A stretch of DNA of 24,330 nucleotides, taken from the UHGV virus genome UHGV-0242784; one strand, 5' to 3'. A program made the translations under genes and the position numbers. Position 1 is the first letter of the stretch. Each line of letters opens with the position of its first letter. The stretch comes from a virus. This document shows, in pieces, positions 17,586-24,330 of the stretch. The notes beneath the pieces were generated by a model that worked only from the letters and a program-made list of their open reading frames with translations, was not told the origin of the DNA and searched no databases.

Positions 17586-18205
17586 TGACCACATTTACCA
17601 ATAAAGAACTGATTAAAGAAATCAAAGAACGAATCAGCAGCCTAGAGGTTCGAGACGATATTGAGCGCCGTGCTTATGAAATTGCTCTGGCATCGCTGGA
17701 AGAGGAGCCGGTGGCATGGCTGCATTCAGACAATGGCTTAGGTATTCCGGCAATAACCAGGAGCAAAAACATTGCTGACAGTTGGTTATCAATGGGCTGG
17801 TATGTTCAGCCGCTATATATAGCCAAGCCAGTACTGGTGGTGCCAGATGCTCGTCCGTCTTTAAATAATGGCATAGTCGGTTTTGATGAAGGCTGGAACG
17901 CCTGCCGCGCCACCATGCTTCATGGTGCCAAACCTGTAAGCCAGACTTACAAGTTGAACAAGCTGTCGGGCAACTCTCCGGTAACTCAGGATGGTTGGAT
18001 AAGCTGTAGTGAGCGAATGCCGAACGATAAACAGTATGTTTGGTGTTGGGGTAAGTCTTACGGCTGGACTGAGTGCGATACCTTCGAAGGGTATTACGAT
18101 TGGTCGAGAAACAAATGGTGGGCAGTTACAGACGATGGGGAAGAACCGGCATCGAAAGTAACCCACTGGATGCCGCTACCGGAGCCACCGCAGGAGGTGA
18201 AGTAA
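17585..18205 (+). CDS. DUF551-domain protein (206 aa)
   Basis: C-terminal WISCSERMPND...WAVTDDGEE...VTHWMPLPEPP matches the DUF551 signature as I recall it; start coupled to the upstream stop (TAATG). Confidence 0.65.
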   Translation: MTTFTNKELIKEIKERISSLEVRDDIERRAYEIALASLEEEPVAWLHSDNGLGIPAITRSKNIADSWLSMGWYVQPLYIAKPVLVVPDARPSLNNGIVGFDEGWNACRATMLHGAKPVSQTYKLNKLSGNSPVTQDGWISCSERMPNDKQYVWCWGKSYGWTECDTFEGYYDWSRNKWWAVTDDGEEPASKVTHWMPLPEPPQEVK

Positions 18206-18399
18206 TGAACAACTTAATGACAACTAAACAAGTCGCCGACTTCTGTGGTGTTTCAGTATCGACCGTTCTTCGCTGGAACAGCGTAAACAGGAGAACTGGC
18301 CAGAAATACAGGCCTGACTTTCCAGATCCTGATATTAAATCCTGCCCAAATAAATGGGCATCACGCAAGATATACAGGTTTGCTGGAGTTATTGAGTGA
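18205..18399 (+). CDS. Small HTH protein, excisionase/AlpA-like (64 aa)
   Basis: ATG 18205 overlaps the upstream stop (TAATG) with SD AGGAGGTGA; HTH segment TKQVADFCGVSVSTVLRW typical of the Xis/AlpA family. Confidence 0.6.
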   Translation: MNNLMTTKQVADFCGVSVSTVLRWNSVNRRTGQKYRPDFPDPDIKSCPNKWASRKIYRFAGVIE

Positions 18400-18433
18400 T
18401 GGGTATTAGCTCATATCAGAACTAATACCCATC
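18398..18433. repeat. Perfect 12-bp inverted repeat (GATGGGTATTAG ... CTAATACCCATC, 12-nt loop) starting in the stop codon of the HTH gene
   Basis: Read directly; no adjacent U-tract on either strand. Confidence 0.6.
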
Positions 18434-18601
18434 AATGACACAGAGCCAACTACCCACCCTGTGTCAGGGGCTAACTTTTAACACCATAATTCACCGCTAG
18501 ATAAAAACTGTATTGCATTGCACGAGCGGCGCAGCATTATCAGTTAGAGTGTCTTTACCTTGTTAGGCTCCACAGTTCGCACTGTCCAACGCCTGTCACT
18601 T

Positions 18602-21600
18602 TCACACGCTGCGCCTTCGAGAATATTCATTTAATCGCTGATAACGAACATCTTGCTCCAGTTGTGGAGCAGCTTGAACAATTTGAAGCAAGCATTGCCC
18701 CAACTCTCGAGGCCCCCAGTGTTGTTCGGCAATCACGGCATTCAGCAGGGATAGAGCGTCCGCAGGATATCGGCTGCAAATATCTGATTCTAGCAAAAGG
18801 CGAACGTCGTAGCTAAGGTGTTCGAGCGGTTGCAGCCAGTCCTGCACCACTGCCAAAGCCGCCGGAAATTCACCTCGGGCAGCAATCACCATACGAGTCA
18901 ACGATTCGGATATGCGTGGGGTGGCCAAGTTGCGGGACTTTGGCCAAACCTGTTGCCAAAATGGCTGGACACGATTTTTCCAATACTCCTCGCGCTGATC
19001 GCCCGCACCTTCAAGTGCCTGGTATAACGCCTGCGCGGCTACCTCCAGACCTTCTTGTGGAAGAGCACTAATTGCCGTTCGGAACTCCTCCACGGTATAT
19101 CCCTCGGTAGGGCCCAGAGCTGCATAAGTCAGGAAAGTAGCGAATTGCTGCCGGTGCTCGCCAAGATCAGAATAGTGATTGGCGCTCTCCAAAAAATCTG
19201 ACTTGAAAGCTATCAGCAACGGTTCATACAGGCGTGGCGACCAGAGGAAGCCTTCCCACACAGCTTTTGCTTCGACGGGATTACTCCAAGCAAACAAGGG
19301 CAATAGATACTGTTCGGTCCAAGGTCGATCTACGCGAAAAAATGCGATCAGCCGCGACCCCAGCAACACCCGACCATGGCGGAATAGCTCTATCTGTACA
19401 TTACACAATTTGGTGAAAAGTGTTTTCAATTCAACAGGAAGCAAATCATTGTCATTCGGGTTCTGTTTGAACCATAGGGTGATCAGTGATTGCGTGACAT
19501 GCCCAATGGGATGATTGATCGCCGTAGAAACAGGATCATAGGTCTCAATTCCGTTTCGAATGGTGCTAGACTCTGGGCTTGTTTCTATCATCAGAACCCG
19601 ACGACAAAGGGCCAGTAGAATCTCCTCGTGGCAGAGGATGGTCTTCGAAGCCTCCTCCATCCACCAAGTGACAGCGTGGGAAATCTCCTGAAGTACTGCG
19701 TCAGGCATGTCAAGCACCAACGGTGCGGCGTACCGCCACGAACGCAAAATCATCCCTGGTTCAGCCCAAGTCTGCAGAGCTTCACGCCACCGACCAACAG
19801 GCCACACATCATCTTGTGATAGTTTACTTAACGCATACAGACTGTGAAAAAAGCGCGTACGGCAAACATCACTCCAAGTGTCCTCATAGAAAGGCAGTCT
19901 TTCTGGCATAGGCTTTGCGAGCCATTGCACTAATTCCTGCCACTTACGGGGCGCAATGTCGACATCTATATTCTCCTCGAAGCCTGGATCACCGGTTCCG
20001 CTCATCCAGTGAGAGAATTCATCACGCTCGTTGGTTGCCAGTTGCCATTTTGGGTATGCTGTGGATATTTCCGTCAAACGTGTAGCCGCAGACTCTCCCA
20101 AAACAAGGCCCGCTCCCCTGAGCTTCGCTAGACACAACCAGACGGAATGAGCCACCAAATAATGCCACCTGTCTGCTTCCAAATTATCCTCGTACATCTC
20201 GCGCGGAGGCCCTGCCAAGATAGCAGTTTCCAGACGCTCTTGTGCAATTCCTGTCAGATGTCGTCCCTGCAAAACAAACAGTCTGAATACCTCTCGCCCA
20301 GTATCCGTGGCCCACAACCACCATGAACCGTCCTCTAACAACCAATTAACCCACCGCTCAGGTGGTATGCAGTTGTCTTGGCTTGCGGCAAACAGTGCCA
20401 GACGTTTGAAGGTGGGATATGGCAACTCAAACCAATTCTGAGCAATGCGCGTGGCCTGATCGCTGTCTTTGGCTCGAACGGCTAACCATGAATCCCGAAG
20501 TAATTCAATCAGGCTCACCCAATCGCGGAACCCCCGGTTCTGCCAGTGCGGAGTGATGGACGGCAAATCCCAATGCGAGCGGTCGTGACGATCGTCGGAC
20601 TCTCCCAACTCCCGCAACAAGTCCAGTGCATCACGCAACAACTGCTGAAAATCTTCCAACAGGTATGGCAAGGACGATTTCCATGACTCGTCAGCAAGGT
20701 CGAACAGGGTTGAACGTACGTAATCAGCAGTCAGCACCAGCTCCCAATCCACCAATTGCTTGATTCGCAAGGGTTCATCAGTGCTGCTCGAATCGTCTTC
20801 ACTATAGCGAAACGGCCGCCTCAACATAACCTTGGGAGAAAGCAACTCGCGTAACTCCAAGCGCAATGTAGTCGTCAAGCCTTCATTCTTTAAGCGGTTT
20901 TGCCAACGATACAAATCCAGGTTCTGCAATGGCGATTTCACACGACCACTAAGCAGAAGCCGCCATAAAGTAGACATAGGTGGACCAGGAATAGCCAGGG
21001 GGGAATGCAAGAGAATTTCATCTAACTCAAAAGTCTTACGCTCCCGCATCAGTGCTGCTAAGCGATCTAGTTCGCTCTCAATCAGAAACATCCAACGGTC
21101 GTGTATTTGTCCGCCGCGTTCAGCAATCCATATGATCAACCTAGGGTCGCCCAGATAACGAACTAGCCAACGGGCTATATGGGACATTACGTCATCCCAT
21201 TTGCTAGCACTGACACATCCAGAAACCAGCGACATCTGCAGGGCCAGCTCATAGGGCGCAGGACGCTGAACCAGACTGAATCGGAGTTTCGGGTCAATTT
21301 CGACATGCGGAGATACACAAAAGCGTGGCAGATCGCTGTATTTAAATCGTTCGTCCGAGAAAGCTTTCAATAACCAATCCAGCGGCGGTGCAGGATTGAG
21401 TTCCGCAAAGCGTTTTGCTGGTAAACCTGATTTATCTGACAAGGCCCACAACATCCGACCAACGAAATCGTCCTGACGAGTGCTGTCCTGCGGGCGGGCC
21501 AGAGCATGTTTGACGACTATAGCCTCTTTGCCCTGTATACCATCTCGATAAGTATCTGCCCAAGCGTGCAACGTTTGATGCAGCACTGAATGATCAGTGG

Positions 21601-22429
21601 AGCCCGCCGGTACGGTGTAAAGGATAGGAGTGACCCCTTTGGCCTCCCACTCGATGGCTTTCCGGTGCTCCTGCCCCGGCTCACACTCCCCCAGTGCCCA
21701 TACTTGTGGTGTGACTTCACCGAGCCTCCGATCTGCTGCAAGCGCATCCATCATGTAGCGCAGTACCGGGTCGTTGATGCTGTAGCCAACGAAGCAGACC
21801 ACATAGTTACGAAATAACTCACTCACAAAGCGAGCTGCCCAACGCTCAGTGAGATAAGCCAAGCCAAAGTCACCGCTGGTAACAACCAGACGATTCAGGG
21901 CAGTATCATCCGCCTTTTCCGGTAACAGCCCATGCAGGTATACAAGTCCATCCCAGCGGCTGTTTTTTGGAATTGGCAGCATCGGCGCTACATAGGCCTG
22001 AAAAGCCTGGCCTGTACGTTTAGCTGCCACATGAAAGAGACGGTCAAAGTTGGTAGTGACCAATCGAAGGGCACCCTCGCGGCTACGGGCTAAACGTAAC
22101 AGCGCCGCCTGAGTATCAATAGCGCCCCTACGACGGAGCTTTGGCTTAAGGGCTTTTTCCAACGCGCGTCGGACGGCTATACGCTGCCCTGGTAAGCGCC
22201 GTTCCAGCAAATCTAATGTGCCGTCAAATTGCCCACGCTCGAAAACCTCACGCTCAATTTCTGAAAGTGTTGTTCCGTTCCTCTGGTAAATTAGTTCTAC
22301 CAACCCTTTGAAACCAGGTAAACCAGCAGGGTAGGAAATGCCTGCTCCACAGAAGAACACAACGCGCCCTTCCTCGTGCGCCTGCAAAAGCTCATCAGGA
22401 ATATCAGGGCCGTTGGTAATGAATTGCAT
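18602..22429 (-). CDS. Large SIR2-domain protein (1275 aa): N-terminal defence-type SIR2 NADase-like domain + ~1000-aa helical C-terminal region (DSR-like candidate)
   Basis: Uninterrupted 3.8-kb ORF with SD AGGAGG 7 nt upstream; SIR2 motifs in the first ~250 aa: VVFFCGAGIS, VTTNFDRLFH, VYLHGLL, VCFVGYSINDPVL; no Walker A (GxxxxGK[ST]) found by eye. Confidence 0.85.
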   Translation of the reverse strand: MQFITNGPDIPDELLQAHEEGRVVFFCGAGISYPAGLPGFKGLVELIYQRNGTTLSEIEREVFERGQFDGTLDLLERRLPGQRIAVRRALEKALKPKLRRRGAIDTQAALLRLARSREGALRLVTTNFDRLFHVAAKRTGQAFQAYVAPMLPIPKNSRWDGLVYLHGLLPEKADDTALNRLVVTSGDFGLAYLTERWAARFVSELFRNYVVCFVGYSINDPVLRYMMDALAADRRLGEVTPQVWALGECEPGQEHRKAIEWEAKGVTPILYTVPAGSTDHSVLHQTLHAWADTYRDGIQGKEAIVVKHALARPQDSTRQDDFVGRMLWALSDKSGLPAKRFAELNPAPPLDWLLKAFSDERFKYSDLPRFCVSPHVEIDPKLRFSLVQRPAPYELALQMSLVSGCVSASKWDDVMSHIARWLVRYLGDPRLIIWIAERGGQIHDRWMFLIESELDRLAALMRERKTFELDEILLHSPLAIPGPPMSTLWRLLLSGRVKSPLQNLDLYRWQNRLKNEGLTTTLRLELRELLSPKVMLRRPFRYSEDDSSSTDEPLRIKQLVDWELVLTADYVRSTLFDLADESWKSSLPYLLEDFQQLLRDALDLLRELGESDDRHDRSHWDLPSITPHWQNRGFRDWVSLIELLRDSWLAVRAKDSDQATRIAQNWFELPYPTFKRLALFAASQDNCIPPERWVNWLLEDGSWWLWATDTGREVFRLFVLQGRHLTGIAQERLETAILAGPPREMYEDNLEADRWHYLVAHSVWLCLAKLRGAGLVLGESAATRLTEISTAYPKWQLATNERDEFSHWMSGTGDPGFEENIDVDIAPRKWQELVQWLAKPMPERLPFYEDTWSDVCRTRFFHSLYALSKLSQDDVWPVGRWREALQTWAEPGMILRSWRYAAPLVLDMPDAVLQEISHAVTWWMEEASKTILCHEEILLALCRRVLMIETSPESSTIRNGIETYDPVSTAINHPIGHVTQSLITLWFKQNPNDNDLLPVELKTLFTKLCNVQIELFRHGRVLLGSRLIAFFRVDRPWTEQYLLPLFAWSNPVEAKAVWEGFLWSPRLYEPLLIAFKSDFLESANHYSDLGEHRQQFATFLTYAALGPTEGYTVEEFRTAISALPQEGLEVAAQALYQALEGAGDQREEYWKNRVQPFWQQVWPKSRNLATPRISESLTRMVIAARGEFPAALAVVQDWLQPLEHLSYDVRLLLESDICSRYPADALSLLNAVIAEQHWGPRELGQCLLQIVQAAPQLEQDVRYQRLNEYSRRRSV

Positions 22430-22611
22430 TCCTTTTCCTCCTATCCAATGTGCACGTTCATTCGAGTAAATGAAGGCAAGGGGTTACATCTTATTATACC
22501 GACCGTGCAAATCCGGCTTCCTAGCAAGCTACTTTACTTGCCAACTCATAATGTCCGAACTCCGAACAAAGCGGACTGCTAGATTTGATTGCGTTCTAGC
22601 TACGCAAAATA

Positions 22612-23835
22612 TCATTTCGAGCCTGAACGAGTACAAGTAACAATCGATTCAACTCTCTCCCACCATGCCTGGTAGGCTTTACGCTGTTCTTCTAGATAAT
22701 CACTCTTGTCATAAACTTGCCATACACCTGGCAGTTTATGACCGAGCATTATTTCAGCAATATGAGGCGCAGTAAGATCAGAAAAGTTTGTTCGTGCTGT
22801 TCGTCTCAAATCATGAAGAGACCAATGAGGAAATTGATACCCCAAACGCCGCCATGCGTACTGCATTAAATTGTAAGGTAGCGACTGCAATGATGTCCGA
22901 CCAACTGGTTCCCTGCTTCCTTCCTTAGTAAAAAGCATATCGGAACCGTTGTTCATAGAGATAACGTATTTTATAAGCTCTTCAACCGGTTCAATAATGG
23001 GCCGCTTTAGCGGTTCGCCTGTTATATCCCCTGTCTTATGTCGTTCTGGTGGTACAGTCCATATTTTATTAATGAAATCAAAATCGTCCACCTTGGCAGT
23101 AATTAGCTCTGAACTACGGCAACCAAAATGCAGCAATAGTTTAATGAAGGCCCGGTATTTAGGAACCATTCGAGAACCATCGATCGCAGCATAAAGGATT
23201 TTAATTTCATCATGTGTCAGAAACCGTTTCTTCTGACCTTTACGGATATCCATATCTTTACCCGTGATATCCGACAGCGGGCGAGTTTCAATGAGCTTTC
23301 TCTTATACGCCCAGACATGGGCCTGCTTTGCGTTAATTAGCAATCGGTCTGCTATTGCTGGAGTCTTAGTGCTAAGAGGCTCCAGGACTTCTAACCAATC
23401 ATGCAATGTAGCTGCATCGTGAGGGATATTCCCGATTTTAGAGAACAGGTGCAGCTCAAACGAGCGGAGTATCTGTTCAGAACCTTTTTTATTTTTTACA
23501 CAATATGCTTCATACCAAGCACGGATCACAGATTCTACCGTCATGGCTTCAGTAGCTTTACGTTTTTCTGCCAGCTTGACCAATCGTGGATTGCGGTTTG
23601 ACTCGAGTTCACCACGAAGACGGATAACTTCTTCTCTGGCCTCTTTTAGTCCAGTTGCCGGGTAAGTTCCGATATCAAGACGCTCACCTTTCCCCGCCCA
23701 CTGATAACGATATTGGAACACTACGCGACCTTTCGGTGATACTCTAACAGACAGACCATCACGATCGGATTTAACCAAAACCTTATCACGTTCCTTTCCA
23801 ACAACTGAACGCAACCACGCATCAGACAGCGCCAT
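22612..23835 (-). CDS. int: Tyrosine recombinase / integrase (P4-type, 407 aa)
   Basis: Catalytic residues in the expected order (R ... HDLRRT ... Y near the C-terminus); N-terminal arm-binding-like region; located at the prophage end next to the host junction. Confidence 0.9.
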   Translation of the reverse strand: MALSDAWLRSVVGKERDKVLVKSDRDGLSVRVSPKGRVVFQYRYQWAGKGERLDIGTYPATGLKEAREEVIRLRGELESNRNPRLVKLAEKRKATEAMTVESVIRAWYEAYCVKNKKGSEQILRSFELHLFSKIGNIPHDAATLHDWLEVLEPLSTKTPAIADRLLINAKQAHVWAYKRKLIETRPLSDITGKDMDIRKGQKKRFLTHDEIKILYAAIDGSRMVPKYRAFIKLLLHFGCRSSELITAKVDDFDFINKIWTVPPERHKTGDITGEPLKRPIIEPVEELIKYVISMNNGSDMLFTKEGSREPVGRTSLQSLPYNLMQYAWRRLGYQFPHWSLHDLRRTARTNFSDLTAPHIAEIMLGHKLPGVWQVYDKSDYLEEQRKAYQAWWERVESIVTCTRSGSK

Positions 23836-23844
23836 TACTCACCT

Positions 23845-24032
23845 TGTACAAATAACAAAAAACCTCTGCTGTTTTGTACATTATGTACAAGCACATGTAC
23901 AGATTTTTGATGAAAGTAACCTGATCAATTTAAAGTTACATGAAAGAATTTTCAATCAAAGAAATCACATAACATCATGTTATTAAATGAGTTATATAAT
24001 TATCACTCAATTAATTGAAAGGATTTTGAAAG
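23845..24032. promoter_or_regulatory. AT-rich int upstream / attL arm region with four TGTACA palindromes (23845-23901) and four TGAAAG direct repeats (23911, 23941, 24016, 24027)
   Basis: Repeats read directly; TGTACATTATGTACA (23875-23889) is a perfect 15-bp palindrome; TGAAAGAATTTT (23941-23952) and TGAAAGGATTTT (24016-24027) are near-identical. Confidence 0.45.
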
Positions 24033-24055
24033 AGTAAAAGAGCTTTTATTTGGGC

Positions 24056-24130
24056 TTAATTATTGGGGTGAGAAATAATGGCAAAAGTGCGGCGCTTCGC
24101 CACCTCTTGCAAATAAGGAGACAACGTCAT
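24056..24130 (-). pseudogene. prfC: Truncated 5' end of host prfC (release factor 3): 22 native codons then phage-derived N-N-stop
   Basis: Minus strand from 24130 translates [24 protein letters not shown]; I recognise [22 protein letters not shown](DAGKTT) as the RF3 N-terminus; sequence turns AT-rich and phage-like after CACCC (~24065). Confidence 0.75.
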
Positions 24131-24227
24131 AATTCTTTCTTCTTGAGTAAGCGGCATCGCGCCGCGCTTGTTGAAAACGAAAAATTGCGGCTATTTTACC
24201 CATCAACGGGGGGGAGGCAATCAGTGT

Positions 24228-24330
24228 TTACACAGGAGCTGCTCCAGTTCGTGCAACGAAGAAACGGTCCAGGTGGGCGCGATGCCACACCGTAGGCATT
24301 CCCCCTACTGTTTCATGGGCGCCGTTATTC
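24228..24330 (-). CDS. Possible 3' end of the host gene upstream of prfC (partial, continues right of window)
   Basis: Open minus-strand frame from the window edge to a TAA at 24230-24228, ~97 bp upstream of the prfC start; identity not recognised. Confidence 0.3.
   Translation of the reverse strand, partial: NNGAHETVGGMPTVWHRAHLDRFFVARTGAAPV

Noticed and set aside
18602-22429. STAND/Avs-type (SIR2-NTPase) assignment for the 1275-aa protein
   Set aside because: No Walker A P-loop (GxxxxGK[S/T]) was found by eye anywhere in the protein, so a DSR-type architecture is favoured; this needs HMM confirmation.
23845-23901. Possible LexA (SOS) box among the TGTACA palindromes upstream of int
   Set aside because: The palindromes lack the CTG...CAG outer bases of the LexA consensus (CTGT-N8-ACAG); more likely Int/host-factor sites or a different regulator.
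24050-24295. Plus-strand 81-aa ORF at the right edge
   Set aside because: It is antisense to the recognisable prfC start codon and its upstream region; Arg-rich artefact.
23836-24330. Expected tRNA or tmRNA gene at the integrase-proximal junction
   Set aside because: No cloverleaf-compatible sequence (acceptor stem, T-loop GTTCRA, CCA context) was found; the junction instead lies in the prfC coding sequence.

Overview
This window reads as the left ~24 kb of a lambdoid (Qin/lambda/phage-21-mosaic) prophage inserted into the 5' end of the host gene prfC, with a 1275-aa SIR2-domain protein beside the integrase as the strongest candidate for a defence system. All identifications come from reading the sequence and recalled family motifs; no database search was run. 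Right to left: a truncated prfC start (24130->24056), an AT-rich arm with repeats, a P4-type tyrosine integrase, the SIR2-domain gene, a rightward accessory operon (YfdP/Q/R/S-like, DUF551, small HTH), a ~470-bp structured non-coding region, a lone coiled-coil/Zn-ribbon gene, the cI/cro-like immunity switch with ACTAAGT-core operators, a replication gene with in-frame iterons, a nin-like region (Dam-type methyltransferase, LexA-DNA-binding-domain-only protein, RusA, KilA-N, DUF968), a Q antiterminator with late promoter and terminator, cold-shock morons (cspB-like, cspF-like with in-frame TAG, cspI-like), a pinholin/SAR-endolysin/Rz/Rz1 lysis cassette, and a lambda-type cos site with the first 30 codons of Nu1. 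No tRNA, rRNA, CRISPR array or transposase was seen.
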